Source of the DNA: an uncultured Actinomycetes bacterium
GTDB lineage: Bacteria; Actinomycetota; Thermoleophilia; Solirubrobacterales; Solirubrobacteraceae
NCBI GenBank assembly: GCA_963803375.1
Contig: CAWDMB010000007.1
Coordinates: forward strand, 117,140 to 141,139
DNA: 24,000 bases
Reading direction: 5' to 3'
The translations under genes were made by a program, and so were the position numbers. The first letter of the stretch is position 1, and every line of letters begins with the position of its first letter. This document shows, in pieces, positions 9,201 through 17,371 of this stretch. The notes under the pieces were generated by a model. It saw only the letters and a program-made list of their open reading frames with translations, made no database searches and was not told where the DNA came from.

Positions 9201-9848
9201 CCCGGATCCACCGCGGCGGTTAGGTCGGTTCCGTCCGGTCCGGAGAGAAGAATGACCTCCTGTGCAGGGCTTTTACGGCTGTTCGTGGCAGCCGGGGCCT
9301 GCGACGGGAGGTCACCTTCATGGTGCAGGATGACAAGCCGGTCGGACTGGACGGCGTGCGGGTGGCCTTCGATGACGAGCGGGTCGTTTCTGACGCCGGG
9401 GTGATGCTTGTCGCGACGCTCGCGCGGAGCCTCGGTGCGCTGGACGCAGTTGCTCGGACTTCCCGACACGACCGTTCGCGCCGCGGCCACCCTGCGCCGC
9501 CGACTCCTCCAGGTCCCCGGCCGCCTAGCTAACCCGCCACGCACGCGGCTGGACCCTTCACCTCCCGGCCCGCTGGCCCTGGCACGGCGACTACATCAGC
9601 GCGCTCAACCGCATCCGCGCGCTCCCCGTCCCGGCCTGACAGCGCGCCGCGCTCACCGACGACGAGTCGATCCGTCCCAGCCGACCCCGGCGCGAGCACC
9701 GCTGCCCGCCAACACCACAAGACGCTTCCGCGGAAGCGCCACCGAGCCCCGACGACCCTCGATGACAGCTCCGGACGACCCGCGCACCGCCAGCCCGCCG
9801 CCGCGCCCGATTCCAACTCGCCCAGACGGCCCTATCGGTGGATCCGGG
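9201..9848 (+). mobile_element. internally deleted IS1380-family element (648 bp, non-autonomous)
   Basis: Perfect 13-bp terminal inverted repeats: CCCGGATCCACCG (9201-9213) and CGGTGGATCCGGG (9836-9848). They are flanked by a direct ATAAA duplication (9196-9200 and 9849-9853). The inside holds only N- and C-terminal fragments of an IS1380-type transposase. Confidence 0.75.
9320..9639 (+). pseudogene. IS1380-family transposase remnant (N-terminal ~40 aa joined to C-terminal ~60 aa, frameshifted)
   Basis: The N-terminal piece is MVQDDKPVGLDGVRVAFDDERVVSDAGVMLVATLARSLGA. After ~9450 the other two frames read TLRRRLLQVPGRLA and then TLHLPARWPWHGDYISALNRIRALPVPA*, with TGA at 9637-9639. This is the typical IS1380 C-terminus. 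About 1 kb of the catalytic core is missing. Confidence 0.7.
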
Positions 9849-9901
9849 ATAAAGCTGACACGGTCGGGTGGCCGGGGGCATCGCAGCCCCCGGCTCCCTC
9901 A

Positions 9902-9935
9902 GATCCCGGCGTGACAGTCTCCCGTCACCGGGCTC
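9902..9935 (-). ncRNA. group II intron domain V
   Basis: The 34-nt sequence GAGCCCGGUGACGG-GAGA-CUGUCACGCCGGGAUC matches the canonical domain V. It has a 14-nt 5' arm starting with the AGC triad, a GNRA loop (GAGA), a 6-bp inner helix, a CG bulge and an outer helix. The usual G-U wobble of the triad is a G-A mismatch here. Confidence 0.7.
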
Positions 9936-9949
9936 TTCTCACCAGCCTG

Positions 9950-11202
9950 TCAGTACGCGCGGACCCACCGCCAGTGGGCGAACAGGCCGGGCTCTCGTTC
10001 GAGCAGCGCGGTCCACCACCGCTTGAACCGTTTGTAGGTCCGCAGCCGCCGGTACTTCTTCCCGGCCCAGCGCCTCAGGTAGGTGCTGACGCGCCGCAGG
10101 AGGGGATACAGCGCCGACCGGTAGTACCGGCCGTAGTAGTGCATCCACCCGGCGACGATGGGGTTCAGCCATCGCCGCCAGGTCGTTCAGCGTCAGGTTG
10201 GTGCGCCGGTGGATCCGCAGTTCGCGGAGCCGGGCGCTTTTGGCCTTGAGCGCCTCGGGGCTGATCGCGGGCAGGAACGACGGTGAAGTACACGCCGTCC
10301 TTGCGCCGCGCCTCCCGTGGCCGGAAGGCGAACCCGAGGAAGGTAAAAGAGGTGTGCTCGTGCTCGCCCCGACGGTTGCTGTCCTTGCAATAGACGATCT
10401 TCGTCTTGTCGGGGTGAAGCCGCAGCCCCACCTCCTCCATCCGCGCGGCGATCCCGGCAAGCACATACTCTGCTTGCCGCCTGCTCTTGCAGTGCACGAC
10501 ACCATCGTCGGCGTAGCGCTCAAACGGGCAGCCCGGATGGTTCCGGGCCATCCACAGATCGAACGCGTAGTGCATGAACAGGTTCACCAGGATCGGCGAG
10601 ACCGCCGACCCTTGCGGAGTTCCCTTGTCCCGCTCGACAAGCGTGCCGTCCGGGTGCTGCAGCGGGGCGGCAAGCCACCGCTTGACATACAGCAGCACCC
10701 AGCGGGCAGTCGGTGACCGCCTCGACCGCCCTGACCACGAGGTCCCACGGCACGTCGTCGAAGAACTTCTGGACATCCAAATCGATGAGCCAGTCGTACT
10801 TCCAGCACCGCCGCCGGCACGCCTCGAGCGCGTCATGGGCCGACTGCTCGGCCGGTAGCCATAGGAGTCCGGGTGGAACCGCGGTTCCGCCCGCTCCTCC
10901 AAATGCATGGCCACCACCGTCTGAGCGACCCTGTCCGCGATCGTGGGCACGCCGAGCACTCGGACCCCGCCGCCATGCGGCTTGGGGATCTCCACCGCCC
11001 TGACCGGGGGCGGAAAGTAGGACCCCGAGCTCATCCGATTCCAGATCTTGTAGAGGTTGTTCCTCAGATCGGCCTCGAACTCCTCCAGCGCCTGCCCATC
11101 CACTCCCGGGGCACCCTTGTTGGCCGCAACCCGCCGGTACGCCTCCCAGACCATCGACTTGGGAATCACAAACGGCTTGTCCTTGGGCTTTGGCATGTAC
11201 AT
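9950..11202 (-). pseudogene. group II intron-encoded reverse transcriptase/maturase with multiple frameshifts
   Basis: The protein can only be assembled from four listed ORFs in different frames.
- 10165..11436 gives MYMPKPKDKPFVIPKSMVWEAYRRVAANKGAPGVDGQALEEF...NLYKIWNRMSSGSYFPPPVRAVEIPK...YGYRP, and later WVLLYVKRWL...GTPQGSAVSPIL...RYADDGVVHC.
- 10520..11248 supplies SAHDALEACRRRCWKYDWLIDLDVQKFFDDVPWDLVVRAVEAVTDCP.
- 9939..10523 supplies FLPAISPEALKAKSARLRELRIHRRTNLTLNDLAAM.
- 9950..10144 supplies MHYYGRYYRSALYPLLRRVSTYLRRWAGKKYRRL...FAHWRWVRAY (domain X / C-terminus, no En domain).

This implies at least 4 frame changes. Confidence 0.85.
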
Positions 11203-11837
11203 CCTCGCTTCCTCCCGGGGCTGACGCCCCGGTTGATCGAATCGACATTCCTGGTGAGCCGGCCCCTTGGCTCCACCCCCACCCCAGCGAGCAGCGGCTT
11301 CCCAGCTACTACGGGCCGGTCCGCCAGCGAGCGCCGCATCGGTACTCAATGCCTTCGGTTTCTGCCTCGGCACGCTCCCTCTCGCGACCTTGGGGGCCTG
11401 CGACCCCGGACGCCGTATCGACGCTCGCCTTCTCACGTTCCGTGCAAGAGCCGCAGACCAGGCTCACGCCGCCTCCACGCCGGGCACCGCCTGGCCAGCA
11501 CACGGGCATCCGCCAGGCTCATCCCGAGGGAACCCCAAGAACCCCCGATTTCGATGCCATCTAAATGGATTTCGACGACTCAACAGCGCACGCCCCGCCG
11601 GACATCCCCGGCCGAGCGCTTCTGGAACGTCTTCCTGGTCCCCACCTGACGCGATCAAGCCGCGCCTTTTCCCTGTCGCTCACCACGACGGTCTTCAGCC
11701 AACGCAGCATCAGGGTGGTTTAGCGCCTGCCCCCGAGGGCCGACGCCGGAGGGCCAGCAATCCTCCATCTCTCGCACAGCACCGCCTATGAAAGATGTCT
11801 CCTACACGACTTCCTCCTTCAACGTTCGTGACGCACT

Positions 11838-12925
11838 GGGGTATCCATTTAACCGGACCGCTCTGTCCTCCACGGGCGTCCAGCGGGCGGCCGCTCCATG
11901 CTCGGCGGGCGACCACGGGTGCCCGGCGCCGTGCGCGGTCCGGTGCCGGGCCGGGGGTTGGCGATGAGGTCTCGGTAGCGCACCGGGTCGTGGCCGGCGG
12001 CGAGCTCGAGCACGCGGTAGAAGACGAGCCCGCGGCTGCGGGAGCGGCGTCGGTTGAAGCGGAACACGAACTCGTTGAGGTAGCCGGGCAGGTGGGCGTC
12101 GTCGACCGATCCCTGGTGGGTGCCGAGCAGCCAGCGCTTGGCGAGCGAGGAGACCTTGTGCACCCCGGGGAGCAGCTTCGACGCGTCCGGCCCCGAGGCC
12201 CCGGGGATCGGCTGATGCTCGTAGACGCCCGCCGTTGCCGGCCGGTACGGCCGCCACCCGTCGGTGACGACCCTGGCGCCCGGCTCGACGTTGTCGGTGA
12301 GGAACGCCCGCAGCTGCTCGGCCGAGCCATCGACGAGCGGCGCCATGCGGCAGCGACCGAACCCCTTGGGCTGGGTGCGCTCGACGGCGACGCCCACCAG
12401 CACCTTCTTGCCCTTCTGACGTCCGCCACGCAGCCCCGGCTCCTCGCCGCCGAAGTAGGTCTCGTCGACCTCCACCTCGCCCCCGAGACGCTCGCGGCCC
12501 GGTCGCACGAGCACCGAGCGCAGGCGATGCAGCATCGCCCACGCGGTCTGATAGGAGCCGATCTCGAGCAAGCGCTTCAGGCTCAGCGCCGAGATCCCGT
12601 CCTTCTGGGAGGCGAACAGCCAGCAGGCGGTGAACCAGACCGTCAGCGGGGTCCGCGTGCGGTCGAAGATCGTGCCCGCCGTGGGCGAGGTACGCGCACC
12701 GCAAGCCGAGCACCCGAGACGACCGTCCCCCAGCCGCCAGCCACCCGCCGCCTGCCCGCACTCCGGGCAGACGAACCCATCCGGCCAGCGCAGCCACTCG
12801 AGGTAGTCCAGGCAGTCGGCATCGGTCCGAAACCAGGCCTGGAACTCGCCGAGCGACCGCGGATAGTGCTTGCCGGCCTGCAGAGCGGGCACGCCACGAT
12901 TCTAGTCCGGTTAGATGGATACCCC
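11838..12925 (-). mobile_element. IS1595-family insertion sequence (1088 bp)
   Basis: Terminal inverted repeats ggggtatccatttaaccggac (11838-11858) and gtccggttagatggatacccc (12905-12925) match at 20/21 positions. They enclose a single intact transposase ORF. No flanking direct repeat was found. Confidence 0.85.
11849..12892 (-). CDS. IS1595-family transposase (intact)
   Basis: 347-aa ORF with a GTG start. It has an N-terminal zinc ribbon (CLDYLEWLRWPDGFVCPECG...CSACG) and a DDE region with EVEVDETYFGG, VVTDGWRPY and HLPGYLNEFVFRFNRR, as in ISXO2-like/IS1595 transposases. Confidence 0.9.
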   Translation of the reverse strand: MPALQAGKHYPRSLGEFQAWFRTDADCLDYLEWLRWPDGFVCPECGQAAGGWRLGDGRLGCSACGARTSPTAGTIFDRTRTPLTVWFTACWLFASQKDGISALSLKRLLEIGSYQTAWAMLHRLRSVLVRPGRERLGGEVEVDETYFGGEEPGLRGGRQKGKKVLVGVAVERTQPKGFGRCRMAPLVDGSAEQLRAFLTDNVEPGARVVTDGWRPYRPATAGVYEHQPIPGASGPDASKLLPGVHKVSSLAKRWLLGTHQGSVDDAHLPGYLNEFVFRFNRRRSRSRGLVFYRVLELAAGHDPVRYRDLIANPRPGTGPRTAPGTRGRPPSMERPPAGRPWRTERSG

Positions 12926-13245
12926 ACAGCTGACAAACGCGAGCGTCCGAGCGCCGGGGCATGCTCAGCGCGATGGCCAGCGTGTTATCACGAGGCCACA
13001 AGAATCGGGAGGGGCGGCCACGTTGGTGCACCCGTGGGCGAGGCTCATACGAGTCTGCCACGGCATCTCGCGCACAAGCTCGGCGGTATGAGGCTCGCTC
13101 GTTAATAGTTGTTCTTCCTCTCACGATGCGTGGGCTCGACATCAAGCGGTGCGGGCGCAGCACGGAGGAACTCACGGAGATTGAGGGCAGCTGGCGTCTA
13201 CCCCTATCGCGCGGAGCGGTGGCGTGTCGGATTCCGGCTAGGAGT

Positions 13246-13275
13246 GGAAAAGCCCCGCAGCTGCGGGGCTTTTCC
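13246..13275. repeat. perfect 30-nt palindrome (possible bidirectional terminator or IS end)
   Basis: GGAAAAGCCCCGCAG|CTGCGGGGCTTTTCC is perfectly self-complementary. The GC-rich core is flanked by A4/T4, so it reads as a stem plus U-tract in either direction. Confidence 0.6.
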
Positions 13276-13352
13276 ATCCGGCTGGGCCGGGATGATGGCG
13301 GGCGGTTGATGAGGCTGGCCATCGACGGTGAATGGAGGCCATCCAGAGGGTA

Positions 13353-14015
13353 ATGGCTGTTCACGGTGACAGGCGGCCCGGACGGATAGTGGTGCGCGCC
13401 GATGATCCGGGGGCTGACGCCGTATGCGGGGCTGGCGGTCAGTGGCGAGCTGGCCAGGCGGCTCGGGCTGGCGGCGTTGGTCGACGCCGAGCTCGCCGTG
13501 GAGCGCCGCGCGCGGCCGGTCAAGGTCCGCCGGCGCGGCCTGTCGCCGGGCGAGCTGGTCGTCAGCCTGGCGGAGTGCCAGCTGGTCGGCGGCTCGTTCT
13601 TCGATCACATCGAGGACGTCCGCGCCGACCGCGCCGGCGCGGACTTGCGGGCGGTGGCGCGCACGCCGTCGGCGCCGGCGGCGCTGCAGAACGCCAAGCG
13701 CTTCCGCCGCGTCCATGTGCAGCGCATCGAGCGCGCGATGGCCAGGGCCGGCCAGCGTCTTGACCGCGGGCTTGGCCGCGACGTCGGCGAGCCGGTGACG
13801 ATCGATCTGGACGTCACGCAGGTGACCGTCTACGGCAGCCAGAAGCAGGGCGCCGGCCGCAGCCGCCACGGCTCGATGAGCTACGCGCCGCACGTCGCGT
13901 TCTGGGCGCAGCGCGGCCGCGCGCTGACCAGCGAGCTGGTCGGCGGCAACAAGGAGAAGCTCTCGGGCGGCGAGTGCGCCAAGATCGCGCGGCGTGCGCT
14001 CGCCGGACTTCCGCA
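13353..14015 (+). pseudogene. IS1380-family transposase, 5' portion only, frameshifted
   Basis: MAVHGDRRPGRIVVRADDPG (frame of ORF 13332..13763) continues as LTPYAGLAVSGELARRLGLAALVD...VTIDLDVTQVTVYGSQKQGA...YAPHVAFW...LVGGN in ORF 13402..14040. The frame change falls at the G5 run 13408-13412. Family-like sequence stops near RRALAGLPQ (~14015). The DDE core and right end are missing. Confidence 0.75.
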
Positions 14016-14045
14016 GAAGCTGAGCACACGAATGCGCTGAAAATG

Positions 14046-15561
14046 GTAAGCGTTCAGTCTCCCGGCGGGTTCACGCCAGGAGCGGCACGGGATCGCCGCG
14101 GGAGTGGGCGGTGAGGGCGTCGACGAGGTAGTCGTGCAGCGCTCGGTGCTGGAGGCGGCAGGTGGTGTGCACCGAGAGCAGCCGTTCGATGCGCCGCTCG
14201 CCGTCGTCGGACTGGCTGCCGAGGCTGAGCTTGCGGTAGATGACCGAGCCGCGCAGCGCGCGCTCGGCGTGGTTGTTGGTCGGCTGGACGCGCTTGTGGT
14301 CGGCGAAGGTCCACAGCGCCGGCCAGAGCTTGAGCAGGTTGCGCGCCATGCCGCGGGTGTGCCTGTAGCGGGCTTGCTTGCCGGCGTAGGTGCGCAGGAT
14401 CGGCTTGGACTCGCGCCGCAGCGCGCGGATGCGGCGCTTGCAGCTCTTTGCGGTCGCGGGTGTGCTGGTAGATCTCCCATGCCCAGAACAGCTCGTCGCA
14501 GATCCGTAGCCCGTGCTCGCCGAAGGCCTTCTCGGCGCCGAGCCCGTCGGCGTGGGCCTTGAAGTCACGGCGCAGGTGCGCCCAGCAGACCTGGCGTCGT
14601 TTGAGCGGCAGATGCGAGTAGGCCCACCAGCGATCGGAGGTCACGATCGCGGTCGTGTCGGCCAGCAGCTCGCTGGCGTGATCCTCGTGGCGGTCGGCGC
14701 GGATGCGCAGCACGGCGTGGCGGTCGGTGAACGCGCCCCACAGCGCGCGTCGCTGGCCGGCGGTGCGCCAGCCGGTCTCGTCCATGTTCAGCGCGTTGGC
14801 GGCACGAACACACTCGAGCAGATCGGCGTCAGGGTCCACGAGCGCGCCGGCGACGCGCTCGAGGATCGCGTCGACCGTGCCCGCGCTGATGCGAGCGCCG
14901 AACAGCTGCTCGCACAGCTCGACGACATCGCGGCGCGAGACGCGGTTGCGCACCGACAGCACCGCCACCGCCGCATGAAAGCGCGGCCCGAACGCGCTGG
15001 CCGCGACGTCGGCGGGCAGCTCGGCGCGCCGGCGCTTGCCGCAACCCGGGCAGCGCACGCGCGGGCACCGGTGCTCGGTCACCGTCACCGCCAGCCGCGG
15101 CAGCTCCTCGACCTGATGGCGCACCGGCTCGCCGACCGCGACCAGCTCGCTCTCGGCGAAGACGTGCCCGCACTCACACCGGGCCGGCCAATGCACGATC
15201 ACCTCGTCGACCGCCGAGGTCGGCAGACAGCTCGCGGCCCTTGCCCTCATGACCGGGCTGGGCGCCCTGCTTGCGCCCCGACGGGTCCTTGCCGCGCCGC
15301 GGCGGCGAGCCCGGCCGATCGGCGCTCGGCGGCTGCGACGAGTTGCGCGAGGACCGCTTCACCTGACGCTCGAGCTGCGCGATCCGCTCGTCCTGCCTCG
15401 CGACGCGCTGCTCCAGGCGCCGGATCTGCTCGTCCATCCGCAACAGCACCGCAACGACCACTTCCCGGCCCCGGTCATAGATCGCCTCGGCCTCGGCCCG
15501 CTCCACACCACCAGATTCGACGAGCCCGACGTTATGTCCCCCAGACCAACTGAACGCTTAC
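14046..15561 (-). mobile_element. IS66-family insertion sequence, single-ORF (ISBst12-like) type, 1516 bp
   Basis: Terminal inverted repeats GTAAGCGTTCAGT (14046-14058) and ACTGAACGCTTAC (15549-15561) carry the GTAAGCG terminus characteristic of IS66. The element is flanked by a perfect 8-bp direct repeat TGAAAATG (14038-14045 and 15562-15569). Confidence 0.85.
14071..15506 (-). pseudogene. IS66-family transposase (TnpC-like) with two frameshifts
   Basis: The protein is spread over three ORFs in three frames.
- 15174..15506: coiled-coil N-terminus, RSSRNSSQPPSAD, GAQPGHEGKGREL.
- 14054..15250: LPTSAVDEVIVHWPARCECGHVF...CPGCG...NMDETGWR...TSDRWWAYSHL...QVCWAHLRRDF.
- 14071..14568: KRRIRALRRE...WTFADHKRVQPTNNHAERALRGSVIYRKLSLGSQS.

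The first shift is a single extra base near 15227. The second lies near 14450-14475. Confidence 0.85.
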
Positions 15562-15630
15562 TGAAAATGGGGTATGAGCAGGTATTTTGCCGATTTTGGC
15601 GGGGTCGGCCCGTGTGTCTACGGGGAGCGG

Positions 15631-15849
15631 CTACTCGGCGGCGGGGGTGAAGTCGTAGAAGCGGGGCGGCTCGGGTAGGTCCAGCGCCTTGAGGATGCGG
15701 CGCTGTGCGGGGGTGAGCTCGGTGCGTTGGGCGGCGGTGCCTTCGGAGGTGGCGAGTGTGACGAGGTGCATGCGGTCAAGCTTGTCGCGGATGTTGCGCC
15801 AGGTGTCGCCGACCTCGGTCTCGGCGACGCGCAGTCGCGCTCGCGCTCT
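15631..15849 (-). pseudogene. C-terminal fragment of an IS4/IS1634-like transposase (tentative)
   Basis: This is the tail of ORF 15631..16080: TWRNIRDKLDRMHLVTLATSEGTAAQRTELTPAQRRILKALDLPEPPRFYDF. It resembles the C-termini I recall for actinobacterial IS1634-type transposases. The assignment is from memory only. Confidence 0.35.
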
Positions 15850-16334
15850 TGGACGTCCGTGGCGGTCAAAGAGGTCTTGGGTGGGGTCGGTGGTCAGCCA
15901 CACCCGGCGCCCGCGTCCGCCTGGCAGCGCGAGGCGGCGCATGTAGCTGGTGGCCTGGGGGCCGCCGCATTCGATCGGGGTGCCGCGTTTGCGGGTCTCG
16001 GGGGTGTCGATCCCGATGATCCGCACTTCGTGGAAACGCCGGCGGACGGTGATCGTGTCACCGTCGATCACGGAGATCACGCGCGCTGAGATCCTCTGAG
16101 CCTTGCGCCGACGGCGGCCACCGCTTGGCCGGGATCCCCCAGAGCTCTTGGCGCTCGAGCACGGACACGGCAGCGACTCGCAGTAGAACCCATCGTGGTC
16201 CGGGTCACGCGTGTTCGCCGCGCGCTGCGCTTGGGCCTGGTTGCGGAAGGCCGCGCACGTCGTCGCGTGCGCGCCGGTGGGCGTAGCTGCGGCGGCAGCA
16301 GCAGGGCCATGGCCGTCACGATCGTGCGTCTCAT
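15850..16334 (-). pseudogene. secreted Excalibur-domain thermonuclease (SNase-like), frameshifted and 3'-truncated
   Basis: The signal peptide MRRTIVTAMALLL starts at ATG 16334, in the frame of ORF 16077..16490. After a frame change near 16283-16292 the frame of ORF 15631..16080 reads AAAATPTGAHA/TTCAAFRNQAQAQRAANTRDPDHDGFYCESLPC. This contains the Excalibur DxDxDGxxCE motif. It is followed by VISVIDGDTITV...VRIIGIDTPET...ECGGPQAT...DRHGR (SNase fold). The SNase similarity ends at ~15850. Confidence 0.75.
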
Positions 16335-16379
16335 CGAGGCCACCACGTCACTAGATTCGAGTGCGAGCCCGCGAAGCTC

Positions 16380-17300
16380 GAGGCTGAGCTCGACGCGCTC
16401 ACCGCGCGCGCCAAGAACCGGGCGCTGAAGGTCAGGATCACCGCGTAGATCCGCGACCGCGCCCGCGCCGGGCGCTTCGTGTTCGTGCACGATCGCGGCC
16501 CGGACTTCGCCGCCGGGATCTGGGTCGTCGACCCGCGTTCACCCTCGACCTCACGGTCGACGCTCTCAACCAGGACGAGGACGACACCGGGCCCGCACGC
16601 GAGGAGGCGTTCTTCGCCGGCGCCGGCCTCAACGACGACGAGCTGCAACAGGCCGCCGACGACGACCGGGCGCGCAAGCAGCAGGCCAAGCTGCGCCACG
16701 CGGAGGCGACGCGGCGCAACCTCGGGCTCGGGCACGACATCAGGGCCGGGCTGATGGAGCCGACCCCCGGCCAGCTGCAGGCCTTGAAGGCGATCGTCTG
16801 CCACGTGCTCGCCGGGCACTACCGCGACGTCATCGCCTACGGCGCCGGCTGGACCGATCAGGAGCGCCAGCAGCCCGTCGGCGACACCGGCCGCCACGAG
16901 CCCCGCCACCCGGACGCGATCCTCGACGCCGAGCTCCAGCACGCGCTCGAGGACCCCGACCCGCTCAAGGGGATCGCGCAGCTCACCGCCCGCTGGGCCG
17001 CCGCCTTCGTCCTCGACCCCGACGGCATCACCCGCACCAAGGCGCTCGGCTCAGACGAACGCATGCGCCGCAAGCTCACAGACGCCCTCCCCGGCGGCCA
17101 CGGCGCGCTGCGCGCCGCCGTCTGGGAGTTCGCGGACAACGTGATGACGTCGAGGAACTCCGCGGGCTCTGCGCCGACGGCCTCGCCACATACAAGCGAC
17201 CCGGCCGACCTGCCGAAGAACCCGTCGACGGGCATCGACAGGCCCCTCCCCGCGGGCGCCCGCCGCGAGCGCCGCCCCTCAGGGGTTGAATCACGCAAAT
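16380..17300 (+). pseudogene. decayed hypothetical gene, resembles the C-terminal region of plasmid ParB-like proteins (tentative)
   Basis: High third-position-GC reading runs EAELDALTARAKNRALKVRITA-TAG(16446)-IRDRARAGRFVFVHDRGPDFAAGIWVVDP. After a frame change near 16535 it continues AFTLDLTVDALNQDEDD...RARKQQAKLRHAEATRRNLGLGHDIRAGLMEPTPGQLQALKAIVCHVLAGHYRDVIAYGAGW...VWEFADNVM (ORF 16754.. frame). No clean start codon is present. The functional label is from memory of similar actinobacterial plasmid proteins. Confidence 0.35.
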
Positions 17301-17371
17301 CGCGTGAAGACAGCTCACCCCGAGGGCCCGCATCCTCGGGAGACGAATCCGCAACGCGAGGAGCGCCTCTC

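Larger units (their letters stand above)
9863..11777 (-). mobile_element. bacterial group II intron (1915 nt), probably inactive
   Basis: On the reverse strand the 5' end reads GUGCGAGAG (11777 downward). An RT/maturase ORF sits ~575 nt further in. Domain V is at 9935-9902. A domain VI hairpin (9898-9866) has a bulged A at 9869. The 3' end ...CCCGAC at 9863 puts that A at position -7. Size and layout are typical. The boundaries were inferred by eye. Confidence 0.8.

Noticed and set aside
6589-9255. 888-aa + strand ORF opposite xfp
   Set aside because: It is antisense to an unambiguous 802-aa phosphoketolase. The composition is typical of a high-GC antisense open frame.
9723-9738. 16-nt perfect palindrome CGCTTCCGCGGAAGCG
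   Set aside because: It lies inside the untranslated tail of the IS1380-type remnant. It is short, GC-rich and contains a SacII-like CCGCGG core, so it is most likely incidental or an IS-internal hairpin. There is no independent support for a function.
9950-11202. Could the reverse transcriptase belong to a retron, DGR or defence-type RT system?
   Set aside because: The protein has the group II maturase (domain X) text YYGRYYRSALYPLLRR and the C-terminal ...FAHWRW tail. It is embedded between a GUGCG 5' end and canonical domains V/VI. I saw no msr/msd-like repeats, template/variable repeat pair or effector gene.
11802-13523. 573-aa reverse ORF and 436-aa forward ORF spanning the IS1595 element and its flanks
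   Set aside because: They cross inverted repeats and unrelated sequence blocks and have no family resemblance. The real gene here is the 347-aa IS1595 transposase frame.
16077-16490. 137-aa reverse ORF as a stand-alone gene
   Set aside because: Only its short segment MRRTIVTAMALLL is meaningful, as the signal peptide of the frameshifted thermonuclease. The rest is off-frame text of the Excalibur region and of the opposite-strand pseudogene.
16754-17371. N-terminal 206 aa of ORF 16754..17821 as part of the BON protein
   Set aside because: The upstream part belongs to the decayed ParB-associated-like gene read in the same frame by chance. The BON protein has its own ATG (17372) with a GAGGAG ribosome-binding site, and BON proteins of this type are ~150 aa.
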